64,000 nt of DNA from Nymphaea colorata (Eukaryota), in NCBI RefSeq assembly GCF_008831285.2, contig NC_045138.2, positions 20,336,001 through 20,400,000 of the forward strand. The letters run 5' to 3'. This document shows positions 51,810-64,000 of this stretch, one piece after another. The position numbers and the translations under genes were made by a program. Position 1 is the first letter of the stretch. Each line of letters begins with the position of its first letter. The notes below the pieces were generated by a model. That model was not told where the DNA came from. It was given only the letters and a program-made list of their open reading frames with translations, and made no database searches.

Positions 51810-53522
51810 AATGGTGTCCTTACCAAGGCAAACACATCATTTTGTATCTCATGGAAATGGAGTCTAAAGCTGGTTTGCAAGTTAATAAATCTAAATTCGT
51901 ACTAGTTCCTTTTGGTGTTAGCTCTAGGAAGGCTTTTCAATTGGCTAACATCCTTGGATGGGAACTTGGAAAATCTTCTGAATACTTACCTTGGATCGAA
52001 CCAGTTTGAGGGCCGGATCACGGAAATCTCACAACAAGCTTCTCTGCAAAGTGAAAAGAAGCTGTCATTCCTCAAAGCGATTTAGTAGCCACGGTGCTTG
52101 GGGTCGGTTTTTATGGATATTAGGGAGGAGCATCTGCCCTTTAGAGAGAGAGAGAGAGAGAGAGAGAGTTATATTTTTCGTTTGGGTCAAAATGGTCTTT
52201 TTAGCTTATGAGGAGAATGCTCCCTTGTTTGAGAATTGCTTCATAAATTTAGCCGATTTTCTGCAGTTTCCCAGAAATTGGGCAGTTCATTGTGAATAGC
52301 ATAAACAATAGGTTGTCTCCTGAATTTCTCTCAAAACTATTTACAAGTTTGTTATTGTAGTACACATAAAGATAATTCCAAAAATCCATAACCAACGTAC
52401 AAGTTGACCGTGCTGATTTGCTTTATCCAGATTATTTTAAAATTTATTAATAAAAGATCATCTTGGTGAAGCCTACGCGAAATTTTGCATTATAAATATG
52501 AAGATATCATATGAATCATATGACATCCGACGCTACATCAGCACCAAGAAGAGAGGAACAGTTAGCTTTCAAATCCATAACCTGTGTCAAATTTCTAGTT
52601 TAATGTTCGCACGATGCATTTATTGTTTTTGAATGTTAATAAACATTTGCTAAAGTTAAATTCAGCTCTAAATCCGATAACCAATTTGTTACACCAACTA
52701 AAATTTTCTTCGCCCCAAATTCGACATCGACTCCAAGTGAAATCAAATTTCATATCCAAATTGATTTTCTGAACCAATTTATTTTTAATCTACAAGGGTA
52801 AAATCCACTTCAGTTGTCCCTAACCGCGCTATGTGGAATTCATCCTACCGACATGGTTCACTGAGACCAGAAACCACGCTCGACAAGACTTTCCAAGGCC
52901 AGACTCTTAGATAAGCTTGAAGATAACCACATCACGGTACCATCTTGCTGCCATTCATACGAACCAACCAAGCTCGAATGCCTCAGATCCAGAGACCAAC
53001 CTGCCCGACGGGCAGGAAAGGACACTAGATGACTATCAGAAGATTTAGAACATTTCAAAAAGTTCAATTACTACCTTTCATTCTTTGCTCCTCCTTCTGG
53101 CGGTATATACTCGTCCATCATCATCTCATCTATGGTTTGTACCACAGACTTGCAGCGAAAAGCAGAAGCAGCAGCAGGAAACGGAGGATACACTAACCAA
53201 GCAAGAGAAAAATAATATATAACATTTTCAACACCACAAACTTACCAAGCAATCCAGCAGGACAAATGTGGCGAAGAAAGAAAATTTACATGTAAAAAGG
53301 ACGCCTCAACTGATCATAGATCTCTTCCATATTTGCAAGCAAGCCCTACCCCGCTTTCCCACCATTAAAGACATAAGAAAGGCATAAAACTTACTGTCGT
53401 CAAACAGGCTGAACTGAATATCAACACAACAGGCAGCGCAACACGTACACAGCAAACCACAGACTATATTCACATCACCCGTTCCACCCCAGAGTGGGGG
53501 AAAAAATTGAAATTTTGGCCCT

Positions 53523-56093
53523 CTACGCGGACGCTTCAATGGCATGGATTTCTGAATCAGCCATTTTCTGGATCAGAGAATATTCAGAATTGTTCATGGG
53601 TTCCAACCCAAGCTGGTCAAGTTTCATGGCGTCTGCGTTCAGCACAATCTTAGGTTCATTATCTTCTTGTACCTGTCTATGCAACTCTGGCTCTGAAGCG
53701 GCAGAGGATGTGTTGGTCGGCTTCTGGTCTGAATTGTCTTGCTTTTTGGACGGCAACTTCGTGGACGAACGTCGAATTGTCCTTTTTGAAGCTAAAGAAT
53801 CCTTGGTACTGCTTGATTTGTTGCCCGAGACCTTGCTCTCTTCGGGGTTAGAGTCGGTGCTTTTGGCAGGATGACCGTTTCCTGCTGCAGGATCAGCAGC
53901 TGCAGGAGATTTATGGCGTCCTAATTTGGGAGATATAGGCCGAGTTGTTGGTATCTGCACGTACATGCAACTGCTTGTTTAATATGGGCACAGTACCCAT
54001 GTTCATGTACATCTTTTATTGCATATATGCCGCAGAAATGCAAAATTTCATCTGTATTGTTGGCAAAGGTGGAGCAAGTAGCAGGACTGTTGCCACTGAA
54101 AGAGTTATTGAGGGCTGGAAACAGGGGGGCGCCATGCTGGGTCGCTCGCCATCCCCCTACCAATAAAGCTCTATTGAACAAAACATTCAAATGATGTCCT
54201 ATAAAAAGACAGAATGACCTTTTTTATTTTGTTATGACCTAAGCATGGAGAAGGTTCAAGATGAACTAGAGTTTCACGTTCAATGCTCAAATGCTAGGGT
54301 ATTGTCAACACAATTCAAAGTTTCAAGAACCGAATCAAGCTAGACGGGCATATTATACTGAAGGCATTCGAACTCACGCTTTATGGGCCTAACGTAAAGA
54401 ATCCACATAAGCATAATTTTATATTAAAAGCACAATCCGCAGATTGATATCAAATAAAAATAGTATTAAGAACCTTCTTGAGGTCAACTTTTGGAGGCCC
54501 GGGTTCCTGATAGAAGCTAGGCATTGGTGTGGCTTTAAACATCAAGCTTTTCCGGAGCTGCTTTATCTCCGCCTCCTGGCTTTCCTGCATCAGTCAAAGA
54601 GCCGATTGATTCAACAAAAAAGCTGAGTTCCTAAGTTATGCACAGACTGAAGTGGATAAAAAGGAGAAAACTTGGAAGGCTTCTCTCTGGTTCATGATAC
54701 ACAGTTCTGGCACACCTTTGATTTAGCTTGCAGGTTGGTCTTCTCCATCTCCTTTGCGTGGATTTTTTCCTCCAGTTTGGAAAAGAACTGGCAACCAAAG
54801 AATTGTCAAAAAATTCCAAAATCTGATGAAAACCTTCAATCAAAAGACATGATTAATAAATATCCTTTTTCTTGCGTACTACCTCTTTCCGCTTCTCTGC
54901 GCGCTCGTTGCATCTGGAAGCAAAACCAGTTCCACTATTTCTCCTGGAATTTGAACCTCTGGGACGAAGCAGAGAAGAGGAAAGCACAATTCCATAAGCC
55001 GTTGCACTAAGATTATTGGTCCAAGTATATGATATATAAACAACTTGAACTTTAAGAGGCAAAAAAGGAAAAGGAGTACGATGTAGTGGAGTGGGCATCT
55101 TCCTCTTTCAAGAGCAAAGTTTCCTTCGGCTCCTTTTGGTTTTGATCTTGTGCTCTATAATAAAGTATAGAATTAGCAATGATCCTCTTGCAAAAAAGAA
55201 AACTCGTCGAAACCAACAATTAACTGGTTTACATGAAAAAGCTTACTTGAGAACTTTAGAGGATGAAGCAACCGTGGTAGTAGAAGCAGGCTTCCCAGAC
55301 TGAAATTTGTCAAACAATCCACATCAGAAAAAAGATGTTCACCAACTTAACGAAATCTAAATCCCTTTAAACGAGCACACTTGATAAATACCAGGATTCA
55401 CACATTATAAAGTGTAACGCAATGAGCAAAGGACTTCAGTAGCAAGACCAAAGAAAATCAATTGATGAAAACATTGAGAAGAACAGAGTAGAATTTAGAA
55501 GTATTGTTGTACCTGAGAGCGCCCAGCGGATAATGCGGAACTCAAACTCGTTTTTGTATCCACTGAAGCGGAGTGACCACCCGATCTTTTATCTGATGGC
55601 TGCCCACCACTCAAACTTCTTCGGTGGTTCACAAGGGCAGAAGGCTGAGACGCTCGGTACTTCGATCGCGAGGTAGAAATGACAGATCCACTGGAAGCAG
55701 ACGATGTAGGACCGTTTGCACCTGAATTCTTCCCAACTTCTGCGGCGGTTTTCGCTTCACCAGTCTTTCTTTTTGTAATACCTTTGGGAGGAAAAGAAGA
55801 ACTCTTTGAGAAACCAGCCTTCTTCTGTCGAGAAGATGAGTTTGCAGTCTTCGCATTAGCACTGACTGCATTTTTCTGCATCAATTCCTTCGCATTATTC
55901 ATAATCGACATTTTAAATTTACTCCATGAATTATGTCAGTAGAGTACGAATGAACGATCCGCACCTCCGCAAGATTTGAATCTTGACTTTCACAAGGAAC
56001 CACCTGATTCGGTGCCTCGCTCTCTGGTTTTGTTTCAATTGTTTCAATCACACTACATCCATTCTCCGCAGTCACTTCAGTCTCGGTGTCCAT
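53523..56093 (-). CDS. WVD2-like (WDL) TPX2-domain microtubule-associated protein, ~440 aa, 8 coding exons
   Basis: Exons: 55965-56093, 55513-55887, 55247-55299, 55080-55154, 54883-54958 (acceptor uncertain), 54716-54787, 54474-54584 and 53523-53954. Translation includes [89 protein letters not shown], which is the KLEEK/TPX2 C-terminal domain of WVD2/WDL proteins. Confidence 0.92.
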
Positions 56094-58628
56094 TTCAAAA
56101 TGAAAGTTTTGCTAGATCCTCCTGGCACGACAGAGGAGAAAAAAGCAATTGAGCATATCTGGTAGGAGGAGCGGAAAACACAAGGACTTGAGATGCGCAG
56201 CTAGTAAGCATAAACGCCACAGACTTTCAATAGATCCTCAGAGCGAAAACAGAGATTACGAGAATGCCGTTCGTATATAAGAAATTGAAGTGAAACAACC
56301 ATTATTGAGCTGGAATTCACCTAGATCTCTGTACTTAACGTGACAGATCGCATGTCAGAGGTCAGGGAATGAGAGGGAACTCTTTAAAACCTTTGAGATC
56401 ACAAGCAAGACTTTGTAATCAACGTCAATGAGCTCAGACTCAGATAAAGCTTTCCTTTTTCATCTTCTCAGGGTTCAAGACAAAACAAAAACTAGAAGCA
56501 CTAGAATCCGAATGCAACTTCGCCTAGATCTTATTAAATCATGCCCATCGCGGTGAAGAATCGGCAAAACCACTCGCATTTCCCGCATACTACTCTTAAC
56601 TCCAAAGAGAAAAAAGCAAGAAGCAAAAATCTTACAGTTAAACCCCCGGTAACTTCCCGCTTTTCGAATTTCCGCAACGAATCGAAGTGAGAAAGAGAAG
56701 AAGGCCGATAACAGATGACGGGCGGATGATTTTGCTTCACCTGAGCCCGTGATTCAACGTCTAGGAGTTAAAACGAGCTCAATTTTCATACTACAGGGAC
56801 AAATTGCCGACAAATCTCTGAACAAGAACAAGAATTAGATCGAGAAAAAGGAGTAAAAGAAAGCAAATGAAAGGAATGCGTAACGAGAAGAGTAATCGGA
56901 AACCGACCGACGGCAGGGCGATCGCGAAACGGGAAATTCCAAAGAGCAGACTACTAAGCGGATGAGGGCTGAGCGCCGGAGCTAAGCAAGGGAGAGGCGA
57001 AACCGCAGGCGACCGCCATCAAAGGAAACAGGGAGCCAGCCACAAGGCGTAGTTATCCCGCCGACCCCCAACACGAGAAACTCCCGATCGGAGAAAGCCT
57101 CGATGAGAGAAAAAAAGGACGATGTCTTCGTCACTCTAGCTTCGATCCACGCTCCCCCCAGAACGACGGTCCCCTCCCGGTTATGAGCACAGGAAGAAAG
57201 TACAAGTTAAAAACACGACCGCGAAAAAGCTCCTGTATTCCATCGAAATAACGTAACTGCCCCTCTCGTCCCACGCGCGCTCTTCCCCCGATTCCTTCTG
57301 CCGGAATCGAAGCTTCTGATTCGCTGTCGGGCTCCCGCCGAGCGCTCCGAACCGTTGATCGTGTCCCATTTATTCCTGCCATGCATGGGTGGCTATTTCG
57401 TAATATCACGTCTAAAGTGGTGCAGTTCTCAGTCGCAAAAACGGCCCCCCGTTCGGGTCTAGAAAGAGAAAATTGTACGTACTATTTAGTGTTTTTGGTT
57501 TGGCCCGTATATGACTAAAAAGCCCATCGAAACTTCTCTATTGACCTTCCTTCCCCTATTCCTGCATCGCTTTGAAGCCCAATTCGGATTTGGATCATAA
57601 GTTCTCTGGTCCGTTTCTCATGGCGGCAAAAAACACAAAATAAGGCGTCGGCACATTCCAGGCAAAACAAGAGCGGGTCTGGGTCGGTGGTTGGTCCATA
57701 CCCGTGGGGGACACGAAGGGCTTTCCAGAAAAGAGTAAGGACGTTTCTGTAAATGGACGAGCAGTACTGACGTGGCGTGGGATCACCACCGAAATGGCGA
57801 GGAGACAGACGCATATGACGAGTCCAGCTAACGCAGTGAACTGGCATAACGTGCCGGTGGGGGCCCGCCCTCTGGAATCGGACGGCTCTCGTCGTTTTAC
57901 CGCTGCCACGAGAGCCGTCCATCTTCCGCCAATCATTTGGACGCCTCGTCTTCAACCTTACGGTTGGCGCTGCCCAGCGGGCCCCAGCTATCCGACGGCG
58001 TTAGCCTCGCCGTTAGAAGCGGTGGGGATCTTTTCCTGGACCTACCCGACCAAGTTGCACCGAACCCACCTCTGCCCATGCGCCATTTATTTTTTGACTC
58101 CACTATGGACAAAGTGGACCTAGCTAGGCCTGGTCAACGGACCGACAATATAGCATGCTACTGTTCGCACCTGTTGAGGAGGGCGTCTGAACCCACTGGC
58201 CAGGTGGGTCCGGGTCCATTCGCGGTTTGGCCAGGTGCGAAACATGTTCCTATAATGCGTGCACGATGGGGCCCCCTTTGAACCCCCTTGACCGCATCAA
58301 TGGCTTGTCTTGGTTAATTCACAGATAGGTTGCGAGAAAACAGGCCCTTGACTCGACTTGACTTGTTGGCTTGGAGCGAGGGCCGGGCACTGTGTTGGCT
58401 AGGTCGTTCCGTTGAAGAGGTTATTATGGTAATTGTATATACCAGAAGGCTTTGGTGAACTCCATTAAAACTAATGATTAAGAGACAAATAGGGTCCCAC
58501 AAGGAAGCACACATGGATCCCACAAGTGCACTAATGTCCAACTCAAACCCATCTCTCCTAATAGCCACCTCACGTTATTGACAAAAATGCCCTCACGACC
58601 TGTGAAACCTATTGATTAAAGGCTTCAA

Positions 58629-58811
58629 GGGTAGTAGCGTAGCTGGTCAGCGAGATCTCAATCGTCAGTTAGATTCTCATGAGTAATACTTCTTTGGACG
58701 GTAAAAAGTGACATACGGTGCAGTTGAAGGAAATAACTGTAAGTTCACTTAGGTTTTAATGCAACTCTAGACTGAAACATCCGAGCAGAAACTTAGAAGC
58801 AGTTAAAAAAA
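58629..58811 (+). mobile_element. SINE-like element (family also at ~28678-28770 and ~29485-29600)
   Basis: Shared A-box TAGCGTAGCTGGTC, degenerate B-box (GTTAGATTCTC / GGTTCTATTCTC) and an A-rich tail. Confidence 0.45.
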
Positions 58812-60020
58812 TCGTTTAACAGATTAAACCTCCGAGTTTAACAAACTTATCGATTCAATTTCAGCTGATTAGCTGTGAATAACAAAAAAATTAACTTTTG
58901 AAGGAAAAAATGCCCAAAAAAGGAAAAACCTTAGTCAAGAATTAAACTTGGGCCTCACTCCTATCCACATTCTCATTTAGTTGTGACTTGTGAATAACAC
59001 CAAGTTGATAGAATGTCATGTTTTTGAGATACATATTGAACAATACTCTCTAACAGGTAAGCTGGGGACCCAAGCATATGGTTGGTGATTAGGAGCTTTC
59101 TATATTTTCCAACAACCAAATAAAGAAGAAGAAACTATTAAGGCGCATTAAGTCTACAATTCAGCTGTCTATTATAGGAATCTTTGCTAAAGACAAGTAT
59201 ACTTTCATAGCTCTCTTTTCAACATAAGTGGGGTTTGGAGGAGGCTTATCATCCATGATATGGATTATGTTAAGCTGAATTCTAATAAAAGTGGGATCGC
59301 GAGTAGGCCGGGTTTGGTATGAGGGTTTTGTCATTTTTGTCTATAATTCAACATCCGGTTCGTTCCGCTCCCGTTGATCTGATGTGTCTTTGCTTCTAAC
59401 TTAAGGCAATGGTTAGCTTAGAAAAAAGCTTCTGTATTAATGGAAATAATCATTTGTGATCGAATCACTTGAAGTCCGGCGAATGTCTCTCTTTTCTTGC
59501 ATCAAAAAACAAAGGAAAATTCTTTGAGTGAAATGCCAATAGAATGTGTAAAGTGGTGCTCTTTTTTCCTGTCTAATGACAGCAAACTGTTTTAAAGTTT
59601 ACTTATTCTAAGACCCTTTTTCTTTTTGATGCATTAGGACAAGTTGGCTGTACCAAGCTAGAGTAATGGCATAGCTAATGCAATATTTCCTAACTGAGCA
59701 ATGGAATATGATGCATTGTGTAAATTTTCTCATGAAGCCCAAGTACTCTCTCTCTTTCTCTCTCTGGCAAAAGGCATGTTCCGTAGCTCCTTAGGCTCCG
59801 GAGGTCACTAAAAGTCGAGTCTCTTATTTGATTTTCATTGGAGCTACTCTCCTAATAGCATTATTCAGCAGTTTAAGTGGACAGGGTTGTTCCCTCATTC
59901 GAAGTAATTTGGTTATGTTCTTTGTGCTCCTCTGGGTCTTCACATGCTTGTGAGATGTTCTCATTAATCTTTTGCTGTCATTTGGGCTGTTTTTTCCCTC
60001 TTTTATTACTGTACTGAGGT

Positions 60021-60145
<125 letters not shown>

Positions 60146-60920
60146 CGCATACACATAAATAATTGCCACTAGAATATCTCAACTGATGAAGAAGCTTCTG
60201 ATGAGAGCAAGTGGAGCCCCATGGCTATTTGCATATATAATGAAGGTGGGGTCTATAGTTCATTGATTAAAGCATAAGTTTTTTGAGACTGACAAGTCTG
60301 GCCTGCACTGGAAAGTTAGATCTTCTTCTACAATGGAGCGATAATAGTATTCAAGGGTTGGGTGGAGGCTTCAGCCTTCTTCTGGGCGGTGGGAAACCCC
60401 GCTCGCCCAGAAAAAAAAAATATAGCATTCAGGGGTTGCGCCTTTTCCCATAGAATAAAAAAACCACTCTCAGGAAGGGACAGATCTAGCCATACTGGTT
60501 TAACCTGCCATATATATCTACAATTGCCTCTTCACAACATGAAACTTGTAACACAATAACTCTTTGAATTTAAGGAACTTTCGCAAGCAACAACCTTAGC
60601 GGCACTTTGCCTTTAAAAGCTATAGAGTTACTTTTTAATAAGGCGTCGTTTGGCAAGAGCAACACTTTATTAGTGTTTCATGTATCTGTCTCAAAAATTA
60701 AGATAGATTCATTAAATATTTTCACAAGAGTTCCACCAATCAGCACTTTTTAGGGCACATATATCTTGCTTTATTCCTAGTGTTCTATTGTTTTGACAAT
60801 TGAGTTAACATTTAGAGCCTGACCAACTAAGGGTACACCTACTGATCATGTTTAAAGGTTGATCGGCGAGGATCAATGGATGGAAGGGGACCCAATGATG
60901 CACTATGACCTAGTTTGGGC

Positions 60921-61383
60921 TAGGAATGTCAAGTCAGATTGGGACCAGATATCTAGATATCTGACTAAAATGCTTCAAAAAAGTTGGATATGAAGAAAAA
61001 TCAAAAACCCAATTAGGAAAGTGGATTGGGTTTGGATTTAATAAATGAAGTCTAGTTGGATTCAGTTTTGAATAAATAAATGGTCAATTTTGGATTCAGA
61101 TTCAGTCTCGAATAAATATCCTATATCCAATGTTCATACACTTTCGACGACCGTTCTTAACATATCATGATGTTGTTCGTATGTATTAAGTTGTGTATGT
61201 AAAAGTCGGATTCAGATTAGGATGTGGAAATAAAAGTGGGGTTTGGATTATAAATTTAAAATCAGATTTGAATACGACGAATACCTTTCTTCATCCGTAT
61301 TTGAATCTAAATATGTGAACATCCAATAAATTCGATATAGTAAAAGGTGCACTCGATTTGAATCAGACCCACTGACATCCCTA
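60921..61383. mobile_element. MITE with TAGG(G/A)ATGTCA TIRs and GGAT(T/C) repeats
   Basis: Ends TAGGAATGTCA / TGACATCCCTA, many TGGATT/GATTC subterminal repeats, and partially matching flanks GTTTG. Confidence 0.6.
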
Positions 61384-61928
61384 GTTTGTTGTATCTTCGC
61401 CCCCAAACTTTGAACTAGTTGTGTTCTCACTCTCTTGGATTTTACTTTTACATTTCTATGCATCATTCATGTGGATTGCCATTAGACACCATGCCCTTGT
61501 TTTTCTTCACTTTCAAGCTATCCTTCTTTCTTTGTTTTCTTCCTTTTCCTCCACAAGATGTTCACATGGCATGTACGAAGGAAAGAGGTGACAACCAACT
61601 TTGGATTCTTCTGGTTTATTTGAGAAAGACAACTGCCTCAGTCCTCACCTTGTGCTTATTTCTTCTTCATTGGTAAATGGTTGAGGCTTTGAGTTTTCAT
61701 GTCAGGTGAAGTTCATATTTTACTGGTTGTCGTAAACTTTAATCGATAAGGTTCGACAAGCTTAACTACTTGTTTGGTGTTGGTAACTTATAAATTTCGC
61801 CAAGATAATGAAACATTGCAAATTTGAAATCTAAAAAAGCCATCTATGGTTCGTAGGGTCTCATTTCGCTAAGGGTTGGAGGTGATCGAATGATCTAATT
61901 GCAAGCTGTTTGATGAGAGGAACACAAT

Positions 61929-62092
61929 GGGGCTGTTTGGCAACTGTAACATATTGTTATTGTCTCATGAATTTGCCTCATTTTTTAAGACAGATTCGTA
62001 AAACACTTGTTACAATGTTTTATGAATCGACACCAATTTCAAGGGTAGATTCATAAGATGGTAACAATATGTTATTGTTGCCAAATGGCCTC
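61929..62092. mobile_element. Short hairpin-like Tourist-type MITE
   Basis: Imperfect ~50-bp TIRs (GGGGCTGTTTGGCAACTGTAACATATTGTTA / TAACAATATGTTATTGTTGCCAAATGGCCTC) with a 3-bp AAT direct repeat on the flanks. A related half-copy lies at ~60641-60730. Confidence 0.75.
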
Positions 62093-63163
62093 AATGCTAT
62101 ATTCATGAGACCAGAATAGTGGTGGAGTAAGGATTTTTTAACTGAGAGTACTTCGGACATTGACCCGATAGAGTCTGGTGTGGGCACCATATGTACCTGA
62201 ACCTCAGTTTGGTTTCAATTTGCATTAACTTTTTATGGGCACTGCTTACACCAGCCCACACATAGCTCCAAACTGGACTGGAACTCGAATCTGCTGTTCC
62301 ACCAATGCGGCACAAGATAGACACTCGTGGAGATGCAGATAGTTCGATTAGGGGACAAGTAGAACACATAAAAAATGAGGTAGGAATTAGATGTGGTACA
62401 ACCAAATTGAAGAAAATTCTTGTACCAAATTGATACTAGACCTTGAATTCTATATGCATCACGCAACCAGACATTTGGTTAGATCTTTCCAACTTACATT
62501 ATTATAATAATCAAATAATTTCTGCTGCTTTTATGAACTAAATCAATTGATCTTGTGTTTCTTTCCTCGACAGGCATAGCAAAATTGGTTGGGCTGGTGA
62601 GAGCCCCATTGTTAGTTTGATTTCTATGAGTGTTATTCATGTGGACTGCAGACAGTGACAGTCTAACACTTTAGTTGATGGTTGTACCATAGATCCACCT
62701 AAGTCCTAAAGCAGCCATAGACTGCAAGTACAAAGGGAAGGGAAGAGGGTTTGGGTGGCTTCTACTCACCCAAATTAAACTTGTGTATCTTCGTTCCAAG
62801 GTTTTCTTAGCAAGACTTTTTTTTTTCTTTTTTCGAAACAAAATTAAGATGATATATTTAGATATAGAAATGTGTAAAAAGTACGCATTTCTGATGACTC
62901 TAGATGAAATCTCAACTCTGTCACTTTGCTTATTGAGCTTCTTCAATATGGTTCCTCATGTAGTGTGATGACTGGGTTTCTGTGAGAATTACTACCGCAA
63001 GCCTATTAAAGTAATACGATTGAAGTGTAATATAATTATATGTAGCATAAACATACATAATGCATTTCGGCAAACACAACTATATAATTGCTGATATGAT
63101 GTGCACATGACAAGCCCATGATTCCTCAAAATTGAATGTCAAGGTTTTGAAAATGTAGTTTAT

Positions 63164-63244
<81 letters not shown>

Positions 63245-63453
63245 TCAAAATCAGGTAGGTTTTAAAGCCCATACTACAAAAATAACATATCATTCTGATA
63301 ATCTCAATTTACACATTTAAATCATTCAAGTAGTGCGGTACTTCAAAAGTTAAAAAAAAATGGTATATGGTGACATAAATATTTTGTCCTGCTCACAAGA
63401 AAGCAAGATACATTTAATAAGAAACATTAGTGCTTGCACCATGAAATCATGGG

Positions 63454-63574
63454 CAAGGGCAGAGCCAAAACTTTTTCATGAGGGGGGACAAATTAAAGTT
63501 TTTAAATTTTGACATAGGCTTAAAAAAAAAAGGTGGAGTTAGGGCCCATGCGCCCCACCCCGTCTCTACCCTTG
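63454..63574. mobile_element. Internally deleted copy of the 2334-2527 MITE family
   Basis: Ends CAAGGGCAGAG / CTCTACCCTTG. Degenerate TSD ATCATGGG / ATTATAGG. Shares TTTTCATGAGG...AATTAAAGTTTTTAA with the reverse complement of 2334-2527. Confidence 0.7.
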
Positions 63575-64000
63575 ATTATAGGAACTTCTGACGGCATTAA
63601 TGTTCTTATTAATGTTCTTAAGATGGGTTCATAGACGAAAATTTGAGCATCAAACCAGATTAACAGGACCATTCTGCTCCATCTCGCGAACAAACACGTC
63701 CCCAAGACAGTCGTAGAACCAGAAATTTTGGCTGGAGGAGTACTAATCTAAAACTTCTACGTTTCGAGGAACACTAACATATAGATAAATAATCAATTAT
63801 TTGAAGACAGCAATATAAAAATAAATGTATTTTGTGGGACTGGCGTTGGTAATTTTTTATACCAAAGCACATGTAGCTCCTCCACTGCCCCAAAAAGATG
63901 CATCTACAATGATGTGGACCGCTCATTCTATAGCATCCCCACAAGACCCATAAAATGTGTTTGTTTGATGTTTGCATCATTTTAGTCCATGGAACGTTCA

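Larger units (their letters stand above)
49950..51995 (+). pseudogene. Highly decayed L1 (LINE) ORF2 relic, interrupted by a CACTA end and a MITE
   Basis: Colinear degenerate motifs: PDHPLL (~50078; endonuclease SDH), KAKVKLS*ERDQNS..FFQ (~50353-50405; cf. GDxNTKFFH), VSSLTFANGV (~51522-51550; cf. HLxFADD) and AGLQVNKSK...LANILGWELGKSSEYL (~51869-51990; cf. SGLxINxxKS...YLG). Confidence 0.6.

Noticed and set aside
57515..58281. Several overlapping 110-146 aa ORFs
   Set aside because: This is the GC-rich upstream region of the WDL gene, with no recognisable domains and ORFs on both strands.

Overview
Eukaryotic, intron-rich flowering-plant genomic DNA. It has GT-AG introns, (TA)n/(GA)n microsatellites and many MITEs. 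There are no prokaryotic operons, CRISPR arrays or rRNA/tRNA genes. Four protein-coding genes were reconstructed exon by exon by hand: an RHF2A-like RING-H2 E3 ligase (+, 8804/9139-11375), a group-B fasciclin-like arabinogalactan protein (FLA15-18 type, +, 21950-25384), replication factor C subunit 1 (RFC1, -, 30658-47870, 22-23 coding exons) and a WVD2/WDL-type TPX2-domain microtubule protein (-, 53523-56093). Intergenic regions and the long RFC1 introns carry non-autonomous DNA transposons (hAT-type with 8-bp TSDs, Tourist-type with 3-bp TSDs), SINE-like relics, a decayed L1 interrupted by a CACTA end and a MITE, and several local tandem or inverted duplications. The most striking structures are a hAT element nested inside a related hAT element (both with perfect TSDs), a ~230-bp inverted repeat, coding micro-exons, and a U12-like 5' splice site in the WDL gene. 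I found no convincing evidence for a wholly new biological system. Family assignments come from recalled motifs, not database searches.
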